Positions 25,791 to 37,020 of a DNA stretch of 64,000 nucleotides are shown here, piece after piece (position 1 is the stretch's first letter; every line of letters starts with the position of its first letter). The translations under genes were made by a program, and so were the position numbers. The notes under the pieces are model-generated. The model ran no database searches, was not told where the DNA came from, and saw only the letters and a program-made list of their open reading frames with translations. Source of the stretch: Syntrophales bacterium (GTDB taxonomy: Bacteria; Desulfobacterota; Syntrophia; Syntrophales; UBA5619). The stretch lies in NCBI GenBank assembly GCA_030654195.1, contig JAURXV010000155.1, positions 13,580 through 77,579 on the forward strand, in the 5' to 3' direction.

Positions 25791-27389
25791 TTACAGATCT
25801 TTGAAATCTCTTGTGAACTCCAAACGGCCGTCTTTGACCAGGGCGGCCTTGCTTCCCTCGATCCAGGCCTTGATCGTCTCTGTTTTTTTCGTCCGGGCCA
25901 GGTAATTGACAATGGCGTCCTTCTGGGCAACGAACTCCGCGTCGTCCACCTTCCCCCTCGCCTTGAACTTCAAAATCACATAATTCCCGTCGACCCAATA
26001 GGCCTGCTCCGGATAGGGTTTCTTCTCGGATATCTGGAACAGCGCTTCCGTCAGCTCCACGGATGAACCCAGGTTGGGAACAGCTCCCCCGGGCTGAAAG
26101 AGTCCCGTTTCCGAAATCTTCAACCCTTTTTCTCTGGCCACGCCTTCCAGATCGCCACCCTTCTTCAGACGGGCGATGAGCTCATCCGCCTCTTTCTTCG
26201 CCAGGCGCTTCGCTTCCGCCTCCCGATACTGTTTCTCCACCTCTGCCTCGATCTCCTTCAGGGCGGGCAGATAAGGGGCCTTCCGGGAGGCCACCTGGAC
26301 GATGTAATACCCCTTCTCCCCCTGAAGCACCCGGCTGATCTCCTTTTTCTCCAGGCGCGAGACGATCTTGACGAAATCCGCGATCGGTTTGAACTCCGGG
26401 GGCGGTTCATTGAGTCGGAAGAGACCGGTCGTGCGGGGCGTCAGTTTCTTCTGGGCCGCGTAGGCTTCGAGGTTCTCCTCCTGGTAGATGGTGTCGTGGG
26501 CCTTCTTGGCCTCATCCGAGGCCGCATACATCCCGCCGATCTTACCCAGCTCGGCGGTAACGCGATCCCGGACCTCGGCAAGGGGCGGCGCCTTGTCCCC
26601 CTTCTTCCACTGGGACCTGTTCTTTTCGTAGTACTCGTTTATCTCCGCATCGGAGATCTTTGCCTTCGCGGCATAATCCTGACCCATGAACGCCAGGTAC
26701 TTGATCTGCACCTGCTCCGGAACGCGGTACTGCCCCTCGCGGGCCTTCAAAAACGCCTCCAGATCAGCCGGTGCGGGACGGATCCCCTTCGCGAAAGCCT
26801 GCTGAGAAATCTGGATGAAATCAATATTGATTTTTTCCTTCTGCATCCGGTACAGGTCAAGGGCCTCCTGATCGGACACCTTCACACCATCCTGGATCAG
26901 GTCCTCCAACCTTACGGTGACCAGCATCTTCTTTTGGATGTCCTCGAACTCCTCCGGGGCCATTTTGCTGGCCCGGAGGGTCTGCTCATAGATCCGTTGG
27001 TCGAAAACGCCGTTCCGCTGAAAAGCGGGATAGGAAAGGATGGCGGCCTTGACATCATCATCGGTCACCTGGATGTTCATCTCCTCCGCCTTCTTCAGAA
27101 TGACCGCCTGGTTGACCAGATTATCGAGCGCCTGCTGCTTGAGATTCAGCCCTTTGAGCATCTCCTCCGTCAGGTTCTGCCCGAAACGCTGGCGGTACAC
27201 GTCGATCAGATTCTGGTATTCCCGCTGAAAATCGGCATAGACGATCGGTTTGCCGTCGATGATGGCAATTCGCTCCGCCCTCTGCCTCCCGCCCATCGAA
27301 CCGAAATAGAAGACAAAGACGACGATGATGATCCCCAGAATGAGTTTCATGAGCCAGTTTCTGGCATGCCTTCTCATGATGTCGAGCAT
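25791..27389 (-). CDS. ppiD: Periplasmic chaperone / peptidyl-prolyl isomerase PpiD-like (SurA N-terminal domain family).
   Basis: The N-terminal anchor reads MRRHARNWLMKLILGIIIVVFVFYFG. Long SurA_N-like helical regions and a parvulin-like segment follow. Confidence 0.8.
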   Translation of the reverse strand: MLDIMRRHARNWLMKLILGIIIVVFVFYFGSMGGRQRAERIAIIDGKPIVYADFQREYQNLIDVYRQRFGQNLTEEMLKGLNLKQQALDNLVNQAVILKKAEEMNIQVTDDDVKAAILSYPAFQRNGVFDQRIYEQTLRASKMAPEEFEDIQKKMLVTVRLEDLIQDGVKVSDQEALDLYRMQKEKINIDFIQISQQAFAKGIRPAPADLEAFLKAREGQYRVPEQVQIKYLAFMGQDYAAKAKISDAEINEYYEKNRSQWKKGDKAPPLAEVRDRVTAELGKIGGMYAASDEAKKAHDTIYQEENLEAYAAQKKLTPRTTGLFRLNEPPPEFKPIADFVKIVSRLEKKEISRVLQGEKGYYIVQVASRKAPYLPALKEIEAEVEKQYREAEAKRLAKKEADELIARLKKGGDLEGVAREKGLKISETGLFQPGGAVPNLGSSVELTEALFQISEKKPYPEQAYWVDGNYVILKFKARGKVDDAEFVAQKDAIVNYLARTKKTETIKAWIEGSKAALVKDGRLEFTRDFKDL

Positions 27390-27435
27390 TATTTCTTCCC
27401 CCGTAATTTATGAATATTATATAAGAAATCCACTT

Positions 27436-27462
27436 GGGGACACCTTGCGGCAAGGTGTCCCC
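27436..27462. repeat. 27-nt hairpin GGGGACACCTTG-CGG-CAAGGTGTCCCC.
   Basis: A perfect 12-bp stem. The same element occurs in inverted orientation at 59954-59980. Confidence 0.85.
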
Positions 27463-27532
27463 TTGGCGTCGCACCACACCCCGTTGCACCACGCCCCCGG
27501 AAAAGATCCTTCGTTTATGCGAGGGTTAGTAA

Positions 27533-28715
<1,183 letters not shown>

Positions 28716-28717
<2 letters not shown>

Positions 28718-28880
28718 CGGCTTCGTAAAAAGCCCGGATGCTGCGTTGCGCTTCATCCTTCGTCATTGCGGCGTACACAAATGTACGCCTCACTCCTCAG
28801 GGTTCGCGCGCCTTGCCTGCGGCCTTTTTACGAAGCCGCCCCATTTTCGCGACTTTTATGCTTTTTTACGAAGTCGTCAG
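28716..28880. repeat. Structured intergenic repeat element, full copy B of the same family as 21987-22172.
   Basis: It starts inside the mreB stop codon (TGACGGCTTCGTAAAAAG) and ends with TTTTTTACGAAGTCGTCAG. An internal palindrome, ggcgtacacaaatgtacgcc, is present. Confidence 0.75.
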
Positions 28881-28920
28881 GTATAGGTGGAAGGGCGATG
28901 AAGTGATTGTTGGCTGAAGA

Positions 28921-29748
28921 ATGTTGATCCCCCATAAATACCACCCCCCCGTCGTGGCAGCGGTTCTGCTGATCATCTCTCTGGCCGTCATCTCCTACAG
29001 CGCGTCCCGGCTGTCCGAAACCGGATTCCTTCGGAAGATGGTCCTGGAGGCGGCAGCCCTCGTGGAAGATGCCGTAAACGTTTCACTTAAGGGGCTGAAC
29101 GACTCCTGGAAACGGTATCTCTTCCTCGTCGGCATGGAGGATGAGAACAGACGGCTCCGGCATGGGAACGCCGTCCTGAGCGAGCAGCTCAACCATTACC
29201 GCGAGGGGTACATCGAGGGGATGCGCCTTCAAAAACTCCTCAACCTCAAGGATGGCCTGTCAAACCGGGTCGTGGCCGCAAGGGTAGTCGACCGCAGCCG
29301 CGCCTCCCTGTTCAAGACGATCCTGATCGACAAGGGAACCGCCGACGGGATGCGGGTTGGATTTCCGGTGCTGTCCGAGCAGGGGGTTGTGGGACGGATC
29401 ATCGAAACCGCCTGGCATGCCTCTCAGGTTCTGCTTCTTGTTGATGGAAACAGCAATATCGACGGACTGATTCAGCGGAGCCGGGCCCAGGGGATTCTCC
29501 AGGGCGCCGGATCGGCGGGTTGCAACCTGAAATACATCTCCCGGGTGGAGGAGGTCCTGCCGGGAGATCTGGTTCTCTCCTCCGGCCTGGCCGGGGTGTT
29601 TCCCAAAGGGCTGCTGCTCGGCGTCGTCACAAAAGTTTCGCGAAAAGGGGAAGGCCTTTTTCAGAAAATCGACGTGGCGCCTGCCGTCGATTTCGGAAAG
29701 CTCGAGGAGGTTCTGGCCCTGATTCCGGAAGCGGGGGACGGAAAATGA
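28921..29748 (+). CDS. mreC: Rod shape-determining protein MreC.
   Basis: It has an N-terminal transmembrane segment, a coiled-coil region and a beta-barrel C-terminus (GFPVLSEQGVVGRI, SSGLAGVFPKGLLLG), and sits between mreB and mreD. Confidence 0.85.
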   Translation: MLIPHKYHPPVVAAVLLIISLAVISYSASRLSETGFLRKMVLEAAALVEDAVNVSLKGLNDSWKRYLFLVGMEDENRRLRHGNAVLSEQLNHYREGYIEGMRLQKLLNLKDGLSNRVVAARVVDRSRASLFKTILIDKGTADGMRVGFPVLSEQGVVGRIIETAWHASQVLLLVDGNSNIDGLIQRSRAQGILQGAGSAGCNLKYISRVEEVLPGDLVLSSGLAGVFPKGLLLGVVTKVSRKGEGLFQKIDVAPAVDFGKLEEVLALIPEAGDGK

Positions 29749-30257
29749 TCCATTATCTTCTTCTTCCGATGCTCCTGCTTCTTCTCGTGATTGTCCAGAT
29801 CACGATCCTGGAGCTGTTTTCCTTCGGCTGGATCGGGATAGAGATCTCCCTCATCGTCGTCATCTATCTCGGATTCCATCTCGACGCCCTCCGCGGGGGA
29901 CTCCTTTCCCTTCTGCTCGGTTTCTTTCTGGATTGTCTGACCAGCGCGATTTTCGGGCTCTACATGTTTCTGTATGTCCTCATTTTTTATCTCTCCAACA
30001 TCGTGGGAGGAAAAATCTACGCCGGGAAACCGGCCCTGATCGCATCCTTTACGGCACTCTGCACGCTCCTGGAAGGCTTTGTGATCGTTCTCTTTTACCG
30101 TTTTGTCTTCGGCGCCGACATCCTCGATGCGATCCCGAAGATCTTCGTCCCGCAGGCCGTCGTGGTGGGGTGCCTGAGTCCCCTCTGCTTCATCCTGCTC
30201 CAGCGTTTCGAGGTTTTTCTGCATGTGGAAGATCGGCGACCGGCTCGGCGGATATGA
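29745..30257 (+). CDS. mreD: Rod shape-determining protein MreD.
   Basis: A polytopic 170-aa membrane protein. Its ATG overlaps the mreC stop (ATGA), and its position in the mre cluster fits. Confidence 0.75.
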   Translation: MIHYLLLPMLLLLLVIVQITILELFSFGWIGIEISLIVVIYLGFHLDALRGGLLSLLLGFFLDCLTSAIFGLYMFLYVLIFYLSNIVGGKIYAGKPALIASFTALCTLLEGFVIVLFYRFVFGADILDAIPKIFVPQAVVVGCLSPLCFILLQRFEVFLHVEDRRPARRI

Positions 30258-32118
30258 GCCGGGTCAGTTCAAACAAAGATTCCGAATGTTGTTCATCATC
30301 GTCTCCGTGGCGCTGTCGCTTCTCGTGATGCGACTGTGGTACCTGCAGGTGATCAAGGGGGACGAGCTGCGGCAGCGCTCCGAAAACAACAGCGTTCGCC
30401 TGCGGAAAATCAAGCCGATGCGCGGCTTGATCATGGACGAAGACCGGCGCGTTCTCGTGGACAACCAGCCCTCCTTCGACATCGTCTTTATCCCCAACCG
30501 AACAAAGGATATCCGGAAGGTGATCGAAAAGATCAAGGCGCTCTACACCGAACGTTCGCTTAAGTTTCCAGCTCTTACGTCTCCATCGGACCGCGTAAAG
30601 CCCTTCGTGCCCGTTCTCCTCGAACGAAACATCAGCATGGAAAAACTTGCTGTGGTGGAAACCCATGCCCTTGAACTTCCCGGCGTGGTGACCGAGGTGA
30701 CACCCGTCCGACAGTACCTCAACGGGGAGATGACCGCACAGATCATCGGCTTCACCGGAGAAGTCAGCCGGGAAGACCTTGATCGGAACATCGCGTTGCA
30801 TCTCGCACCGGGCGATATGATCGGTAAATTCGGCATCGAAAAATTCCTCGATGACCACCTCCGGGGAAAAAACGGCGCCGAACAGGTTGAGGTCAATGTG
30901 GCCGGCAAGGAGGTCCGTTCCCTCGGAAGGATCCCGGCGGAGTCGGGCGACAACGTCGTCCTGACCATTAATTCGGCGATCCAGGAGGCGGCATGGACGG
31001 CCATCGGAAACCGGGCGGGCGCGGTTGCGGTTCTGGACCCCCGCAGCGGGGCGGTGCTCGCCCTGGTTAGCTCACCCTCCTTCGACCCGAACCTTTTCAA
31101 CGGAGGGATCTCTTTCGACGACTGGGAGAGCCTTTCCAACGATCCCCGGCATCCCATGGAGAACCGCTCGATATCGGGACAGTACCCGCCTGGATCGACC
31201 TACAAGGTCGTCGTCGCCGCCGCCGCCCTCGAAGAAGGGCTGATCACCCCGGAAACGAGTTTCTACTGCAACGGCGCCTTCAAGATGGGAGACCGGACCT
31301 TCCGCTGCTGGCAGGAGAAGGGTCACGGCAATGTCAATCTCCACCGCGCCATCGTGGAGTCCTGCGACGTCTATTTCTACAACCTGGGGAAGATGCTCGG
31401 CGTGGACCGGATCGCCGCCTACGCTCGGGCTTTCGGTCTCGGCGCCCCTCTGGGGATCGACCTGAACCGGGAAAAGGGCGGCCTGATCCCGACGAAACAG
31501 TGGAAGCTTTCCCGTCTCCGGCAATCCTGGCAGATGGGCGAAACGATTTCCATCGCCATCGGCCAGGGGTACAACCTTGTCACGCCGATCCAGCTCGCCA
31601 ATGTCTATGCCGCCTTGGCCAACGGCGGCACCCTTTACCGGCCCCGGCTCATAAAACAGCTTGAATCTTCCGACGGACATGTCGTAAAGGTATTCCAACC
31701 GGAGAAACAGGGCGTCCTGCCGGTCCGCCCCGAGAACATCAAGATCATCAACCAGGCCCTGTGGGGGGTGGTCAATGAGAAGGGCGGAACGGGGTATATC
31801 CTGAAAAGACAGGAACAGGACGTCTGTGGGAAGACAGGCACTTCCCAGGTAATCGGTCTCCCCCAGGATGAAAAGGCGCGGAAGGCAAAACGGGTGTCGG
31901 CCGATTTCCGGGACCATGCCCTCTTCGTCTGTTTTGCGCCTTACGGGAATCCGGAAATTGTAGTGGCGGTCATCCTGGAACACGCCGGTCACGGCGGGGC
32001 GGCGGCCGCCCCTGTGGCCAGGAAGGTTATTGAAACCTACTTCACCCTGAAGAAAATGACGCCGACCCAGCAGCAGGCGCAGAGCGCCGCGGAGATCCGG
32101 GGTATTCCGAAGCCATGA
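30223..32118 (+). CDS. mrdA: Penicillin-binding protein 2 (elongasome transpeptidase).
   Basis: The N-terminal anchor is followed by LQVIKGDELRQRSENNSVR. The active site is STYK (SxxK), and the KTGTS motif is present. Confidence 0.9.
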   Translation: MWKIGDRLGGYEPGQFKQRFRMLFIIVSVALSLLVMRLWYLQVIKGDELRQRSENNSVRLRKIKPMRGLIMDEDRRVLVDNQPSFDIVFIPNRTKDIRKVIEKIKALYTERSLKFPALTSPSDRVKPFVPVLLERNISMEKLAVVETHALELPGVVTEVTPVRQYLNGEMTAQIIGFTGEVSREDLDRNIALHLAPGDMIGKFGIEKFLDDHLRGKNGAEQVEVNVAGKEVRSLGRIPAESGDNVVLTINSAIQEAAWTAIGNRAGAVAVLDPRSGAVLALVSSPSFDPNLFNGGISFDDWESLSNDPRHPMENRSISGQYPPGSTYKVVVAAAALEEGLITPETSFYCNGAFKMGDRTFRCWQEKGHGNVNLHRAIVESCDVYFYNLGKMLGVDRIAAYARAFGLGAPLGIDLNREKGGLIPTKQWKLSRLRQSWQMGETISIAIGQGYNLVTPIQLANVYAALANGGTLYRPRLIKQLESSDGHVVKVFQPEKQGVLPVRPENIKIINQALWGVVNEKGGTGYILKRQEQDVCGKTGTSQVIGLPQDEKARKAKRVSADFRDHALFVCFAPYGNPEIVVAVILEHAGHGGAAAAPVARKVIETYFTLKKMTPTQQQAQSAAEIRGIPKP

Positions 32119-33227
32119 TCAAACTGGACCGCCGTCTTATCCTGAATTTCGACTGGACCCTCTTCATCTTGGTCCTGATCATCAGCGGTATCGGCTTACT
32201 GAACATCTACAGCACCGGCTTCAGCCTTACGGATTTCCGGCAAACGCCGCTCTACATCAAACAGCTCCAGTGGATCCTCATCGGACTGGTGGGCATGGCC
32301 GTCGCCTTCTTTATCGATTACCGTTTTCTGAGCCGCCATGCCTACATCATCTACGGTATCTCGATCGTTCTTCTTCTCGTCGTCTTTACCGCTGGTTATG
32401 CTACACGAGGTTCTCAACGCTGGATCGCCATCAACGGATTCACCTTCCAACCGTCGGAACTGGTCAAACTGACGATCATCCTGGCACTCGCCAAGTACTT
32501 TGACCACCACCAGATCGGCCGGGGTTATCACCTGACCGAACTGCTCATCCCTTTTACGATCGTGATCATCCCGTTCCTTTTCATTCTGAAACAGCCCGAT
32601 CTGGGAACGGCGCTGGTCATCCTGATCCTGTTTCTCGCGATGGTTTTCTTTGTCGGTCTGGACTGGAGATCGCTACTGATAGCCGGCGCCGGGGGTCTCG
32701 TCCTGACCCCCATCGGCTGGTATTTTCTCAAGGATTACCAGAAGGAGCGGATTCTCACCTTCTTCGGTCCCGAGCGTGATCCGCTGGGATCGGGATACCA
32801 CATCATCCAGTCGATGATCGCCGTGGGTTCGGGGGGAGTCTTCGGCAAGGGATTTTTGAAAGGCTCGCAAACCCAGCTCAAGTTCCTGCCGGAACAGCAG
32901 ACCGACTTCGTCTTTTCGGTCTTTGCGGAGGAGTGGGGTTTCCTGGGGGGGATGATCCTGGTCGCCATGTTCTTTTCGCTGATTCTTTGGGGGCTGAAGA
33001 TCATGAACCACTCCAGGGATTATCCGGGGGCGCTGATCGCGTTCGGGATCACCATGCTGATCTTCTGGGAGGTATTCATCAACATCGGCATGGTCCTGGG
33101 AATCCTGCCGGTGGTCGGGATTCCGCTGCCTTTTCTGAGTTACGGCGGTTCGTCGATGGTGGTTCTGATGACGGCCATCGGCGTGCTGATGAATATCAGC
33201 GTACGGAGGTTCATTCTCCAATCATGA
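32115..33227 (+). CDS. rodA: Peptidoglycan glycosyltransferase RodA (FtsW/RodA/SpoVE family).
   Basis: A ten-transmembrane SEDS-type protein with FQPSELVKL and LPFLSYGGSS. It overlaps the mrdA stop. Confidence 0.9.
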   Translation: MIKLDRRLILNFDWTLFILVLIISGIGLLNIYSTGFSLTDFRQTPLYIKQLQWILIGLVGMAVAFFIDYRFLSRHAYIIYGISIVLLLVVFTAGYATRGSQRWIAINGFTFQPSELVKLTIILALAKYFDHHQIGRGYHLTELLIPFTIVIIPFLFILKQPDLGTALVILILFLAMVFFVGLDWRSLLIAGAGGLVLTPIGWYFLKDYQKERILTFFGPERDPLGSGYHIIQSMIAVGSGGVFGKGFLKGSQTQLKFLPEQQTDFVFSVFAEEWGFLGGMILVAMFFSLILWGLKIMNHSRDYPGALIAFGITMLIFWEVFINIGMVLGILPVVGIPLPFLSYGGSSMVVLMTAIGVLMNISVRRFILQS

Positions 33228-33272
33228 CGGCTTCGTAAATCGAAATTCAACGACATCCGGGAGGGACAAAAG

Positions 33273-33674
33273 ATGTTTGGTAAAAAGAGAAAAGAAGAGG
33301 AAGAGATCAGGGCCTTTCTGGGAAAAGGGGCTGAATTCACCGGGAAATTGATGTTCAACGGTTCGGTCCGGATCGATGGCGATTTCAAGGGCAGCATTTT
33401 CGGCAATGGCACGCTGGTCATCGGCGAAGGCGCCGAGATCGAGGCCGATATCCGCGTGGACAGCGTCATGGTGAGCGGCGTGATGCGCGGGCAGATCGAC
33501 GTAAAAAAGATAATCCGCATCTACTCGACCGGCAAGGTGACGGGCGACCTGAACACACCCATCATATCCGTGGAAGAAGGGGCCTTTTTCGAAGGAACCT
33601 GCCACATGATCCACAGTGATGCCGAGGTCCATACCCTTCCCCTCGAAAATAGAGCTGCCGGTGAAAAATGTTGA
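33273..33674 (+). CDS. Bactofilin (polymer-forming cytoskeletal protein, DUF583).
   Basis: The beta-helical repeat pattern is F.G.L.F.GSVRIDGDF.G.I...G.L.IGE.A.I.ADI.V....V.G...G. Confidence 0.85.
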   Translation: MFGKKRKEEEEIRAFLGKGAEFTGKLMFNGSVRIDGDFKGSIFGNGTLVIGEGAEIEADIRVDSVMVSGVMRGQIDVKKIIRIYSTGKVTGDLNTPIISVEEGAFFEGTCHMIHSDAEVHTLPLENRAAGEKC

Positions 33675-33717
33675 CAGTGGTCCAAGAATGAGATAGAGGC
33701 ACTTCGAAATATTTGTT

Positions 33718-33753
33718 GCCGAAGTAATGTTTTCCATTACATGCGGCTTTTTT
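33718..33753 (+). terminator. Rho-independent terminator after the bactofilin gene.
   Basis: An interrupted stem, GCCG..GTAATG-TTTTC-CATTAC..CGGC, is followed by TTTTTT. Confidence 0.55.
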
Positions 33754-33782
33754 ATTCTTCACGCGATAAGAGGTGACAGACC

Positions 33783-34211
33783 GTGGTCAGTCTCGATTAT
33801 TCCCTGGGAATTCAGATCGTCAATTTCCTTCTGCTGATCTTCATTTTGAATGTCCTGCTCTACAAGCCGATCCTCGGCATGATCGACAGGCGGAAGAAAC
33901 AGTTGGAGGAGTCCGAAAGCGAGATCAAACGTCTCCAGGAGAGCGTGGAACAGAAGATGGCCGCCTACGAAGAGAAGCTCCGTCAGGCGAAGGCGGCAGC
34001 CGTCGAACAGAAGAACGAAATTATCGGGCAGGGCGCCGAGGAGGCCAAGACCGTCATCGAGGGCGTCCGGGCCGAACTTCCGGGGATCATGGAACATTTC
34101 CGTGTCAAAATGGATGGAGAAATCACTGCCGCCAGGAAGATTCTGACCGATCAGTCCCAGAAGCTGTCCGTCGAGATTGCGGAAAAGGTCCTTGGAAGGA
34201 GTCTCCGATGA
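33783..34211 (+). CDS. atpF: F0F1 ATP synthase subunit b' (second b-type stator subunit).
   Basis: A single N-terminal transmembrane segment (IQIVNFLLLIFILNVLLYKPI) is followed by a long charged helix. GTG start with AAGAGGTGA upstream. Confidence 0.8.
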   Translation: MVSLDYSLGIQIVNFLLLIFILNVLLYKPILGMIDRRKKQLEESESEIKRLQESVEQKMAAYEEKLRQAKAAAVEQKNEIIGQGAEEAKTVIEGVRAELPGIMEHFRVKMDGEITAARKILTDQSQKLSVEIAEKVLGRSLR

Positions 34212-34861
34212 GAGGGGGATTAAATAGGGACAGCGCCCCTATTATAATTAGGGACAGAGCCCCTATTAATTTCGGATTAATAGGGGCTCTGTCCCTAATT
34301 ATATTCTCCCTATTTAATCTAATCTTCCCATTGACCCTGGCGTATGCCTCCGGAGGCGGCGGAGAAGGAGGGCATGAAGGACCGGGCTGGGTCAATTTCG
34401 CCTGGAAGCTGGTGAACTTTCTCATCATGGCCGGCGTCATCTACTGGTTGGCGGCGAAGAAGGTGAAAGAATTTTTCACCGGACGGCGGGAAGGGATCAA
34501 GACCTCCCTTGCCGAGGCCGTAACCGCCCGCGAGGATGCGGAAAAGACGTTCCGGGAATATGCCGCGAAACTCGACCGGGCGACGGGCGAGATCGATGAG
34601 ATCACCCGGATGATCCAGGCCCAAGGGCTGACCGAAAAGGAGCGGATCATCGAGGAGGCCCGGAAGGCAGCGGAAAAGATGAGGGAAGAGGCCAAGACAC
34701 GCATGGAGCAGGAGTTCAACAAGGCGAGTCATCAGCTCCGGATCGAGGCGGTCCGTCTCTCCGCGCAGATGGCCGAGGGGCTCCTCCAGAAAAACATCCG
34801 CGTGGAAGATCACGAGGCCATGGTCCAGGATTATATCGAGAAGGTTGCCCGTAAAAATTGA
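34208..34861 (+). CDS. atpF: F0F1 ATP synthase subunit b. The start is ambiguous.
   Basis: The conserved part begins at GPGWVNFAWKLVNFLIMAGVIYWLAAKKV, followed by a long helix. ATG 34208 overlaps the b' stop but reads through the palindromic element. An in-frame TTG at 34331 lies just after the element. Confidence 0.75.
   Translation: MRGGLNRDSAPIIIRDRAPINFGLIGALSLIIFSLFNLIFPLTLAYASGGGGEGGHEGPGWVNFAWKLVNFLIMAGVIYWLAAKKVKEFFTGRREGIKTSLAEAVTAREDAEKTFREYAAKLDRATGEIDEITRMIQAQGLTEKERIIEEARKAAEKMREEAKTRMEQEFNKASHQLRIEAVRLSAQMAEGLLQKNIRVEDHEAMVQDYIEKVARKN
34246..34300. repeat. Perfect 25-bp-stem hairpin inside a larger nested palindrome (34214-34320).
   Basis: aattagggacagagcccctattaat-ttcgg-attaataggggctctgtccctaatt. 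The outer inverted repeat is gattaaataggga / tccctatttaatc. Confidence 0.85.
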
Positions 34862-34898
34862 TCGCCGGCTTTACCAACTCTATTACGAGGGAAAACAA

Positions 34899-35444
34899 TT
34901 GATCAGCAGCAATATCGCCAAGCGTTATGCCCGGGCCTTTTTCAAAATCGCAGGTGAGGAAAAGCGGTATGAATACTATTACGACGAGCTCGGGCGTTTT
35001 TCCACTATCCTCAAGGAAAACAAAAACCTGAGCGAGTTTCTTGCCAACCCGATCTTCGCTTTGTCCGACAAGAAGGCGGTCGTGGAGTCGCTCCTGGAAA
35101 AGATCCAAATCTCACCGCTGACCTCCAATTTCCTGAAACTGCTGGTCGACAAGCGCCGCATCAATATCCTGTCCGACATCCAGGGCTGCTACCGGGAATT
35201 GATGGATATCGCCCTGAAGAAGGTCCGGGTCACGGTGAAGACGGCTTTTCCGCTTACCGGCGAGACATCCGCACGTTTGCAGAACGGGCTGGAGAGACTG
35301 ACCGACAGGGAGGTCGAAATGATCGTTCTGGAGGACCGCTCCCTGCTCGGGGGGGTTGTCGTCCGGGTCGGGGATACGCTTTATGACGGCAGCGTCCGTA
35401 CGCAACTGAACAACATCCGGAATCTCTTAGGGGAGGAAATATAG
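34899..35444 (+). CDS. atpH: F0F1 ATP synthase subunit delta (OSCP).
   Basis: ISSNIAKRYARAFF at the N-terminus and GGVVVRVGD.LYDGSVR.QL at the C-terminus. TTG 34899 has a GAGGGA RBS. Confidence 0.8.
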   Translation: MISSNIAKRYARAFFKIAGEEKRYEYYYDELGRFSTILKENKNLSEFLANPIFALSDKKAVVESLLEKIQISPLTSNFLKLLVDKRRINILSDIQGCYRELMDIALKKVRVTVKTAFPLTGETSARLQNGLERLTDREVEMIVLEDRSLLGGVVVRVGDTLYDGSVRTQLNNIRNLLGEEI

Positions 35445-35447
35445 CGC

Positions 35448-36962
35448 ATGGAAACCATCAGGGCAGAGGAAATCAGCGAGATCATATCCAGGCAGATCAA
35501 GGAGTACGAAAAAAAGCTGGATATCAGTGAAACGGGAACGGTCCTCTCCGTCGGCGACGGCATCGCCCGGGTCTACGGCGTGGAAAACGCGATGGCCATG
35601 GAGCTGCTCGAATTCCCCGGAGGAATCCTCGGCATGGTCCTCAATCTCGAGACGGACAACGTCGGCGTCGCCATTCTCGGTGAAGTGACCCACATCAAGG
35701 AAGGGGATATCGTGAAGCGGACGGGCAAGATCGCCCAGATCCCCGTCGGCGAGGCGCTCCTCGGCCGCGTGATCGACGCCACGGGCGCTCCGCTGGACGG
35801 CAAGGGTCCCATCGAGACGACGGAATTCCGCCGGATTGAGATGATCGCCCCCGGCGTGGTATTCCGGCAGCCGGTTAACGAGCCGATGTACACCGGCTTG
35901 AAGGCGATCGACGCGATGACTCCGATCGGCCGCGGCCAGCGCGAACTGATCATCGGCGACCGCCAGATCGGCAAGACCGCGATCGGCATCGATGCGATCA
36001 TCCGGCAGAAGGACACCGGCGTGAAGTGCATCTACGTCGCGATCGGCCAGAAGAAATCCACCGTCGCCCAGGTGGTTGAGAATCTGAAGAAGCACGACGC
36101 CATGTCCTACACCTGCGTCGTCGCCGCCTGCGCGAGCGACCCGGCCACCCTGCAATACATCGCCGCCTACGCGGGCTGCAGCATTGGCGAATACTTCCGG
36201 GACCGCGCCCAAGACGCCCTGATCATCTACGACGACCTCTCCAAGCAGGCCGTCGCCTACCGCCAGATTTCACTGCTGTTGCGGCGCCCGCCGGGACGAG
36301 AGGCCTTCCCCGGCGACATCTTCTACAACCACTCCCGGCTGCTGGAGCGGGCCGCCCGGGTCAGCAAGGAGCTCGGAGGCGGATCGCTGACGGCGCTCCC
36401 CATCATCGAAACGCAGGCCGGCGACGTCTCCGCCTACATCCCGACGAATGTTATCTCGATTACCGACGGCCAGGTCTACCTTGAACCCTCCCTCTTCTTC
36501 TCCGGGATCCGCCCGGCGATCAACGTGGGGCTTTCCGTCTCCCGCGTCGGCGGCGCGGCCCAGGTGAAGGCGATGAAACAGGTCGCCGGCACCCTGAAGC
36601 TCGACCTTGCCCAGTACCGAGAACTGGCCGCCTTCGCCCAGTTCGGCTCCGACCTGGACAAGGCCACCCAGGCCCAGCTCGAACGCGGCGTCCGACTCGT
36701 GGAAATCCTGAATCAGCCGCAGTTTTCACCTATGTCGCTCGCGAAGCAAGTCTCGATCCTCTATGCGGGCACCCGGGGATTCCTCGACAAGTACCCCGTG
36801 GAAAAGCTGAAAAGCTATGAACCGCAGCTCCTCTCCTTCCTGGAAGGCAAGTATCCGGATATCCTGAAAGAGATCGACGAAAAGAAGATCATCAGCCCGG
36901 AACTCGACAAAAAGATGCGAGAGGTGTTTGCAGAGTTCGATTCGGTCTACGTCACCGAATAG
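35448..36962 (+). CDS. atpA: F0F1 ATP synthase subunit alpha.
   Basis: [10 protein letters not shown] (P-loop), the [11 protein letters not shown] motif, and the 504-aa length. Confidence 0.95.
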   Translation: METIRAEEISEIISRQIKEYEKKLDISETGTVLSVGDGIARVYGVENAMAMELLEFPGGILGMVLNLETDNVGVAILGEVTHIKEGDIVKRTGKIAQIPVGEALLGRVIDATGAPLDGKGPIETTEFRRIEMIAPGVVFRQPVNEPMYTGLKAIDAMTPIGRGQRELIIGDRQIGKTAIGIDAIIRQKDTGVKCIYVAIGQKKSTVAQVVENLKKHDAMSYTCVVAACASDPATLQYIAAYAGCSIGEYFRDRAQDALIIYDDLSKQAVAYRQISLLLRRPPGREAFPGDIFYNHSRLLERAARVSKELGGGSLTALPIIETQAGDVSAYIPTNVISITDGQVYLEPSLFFSGIRPAINVGLSVSRVGGAAQVKAMKQVAGTLKLDLAQYRELAAFAQFGSDLDKATQAQLERGVRLVEILNQPQFSPMSLAKQVSILYAGTRGFLDKYPVEKLKSYEPQLLSFLEGKYPDILKEIDEKKIISPELDKKMREVFAEFDSVYVTE

Positions 36963-36979
36963 GATTGATATCAAAATAT

Positions 36980-37005
36980 GGGGACACGATCCGAATCGTG
37001 TCCCC
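36980..37005. repeat. Hairpin GGGGACACGAT-CCGA-ATCGTGTCCCC between atpA and atpG.
   Basis: A perfect 11-bp stem. It shares the GGGGACAC/GTGTCCCC ends with the hairpins at 27436 and 59954. Confidence 0.8.
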
Positions 37006-37020
37006 AGGGAGCAGGTTTGA

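Noticed and set aside
33773-34207. 5' part of the 362-aa track ORF 33773-34861.
   Set aside because: It overlaps atpF' in another frame and translates to Arg/Gly-rich nonsense. Only the part from 34208 or 34331 onward resembles ATP synthase subunit b.
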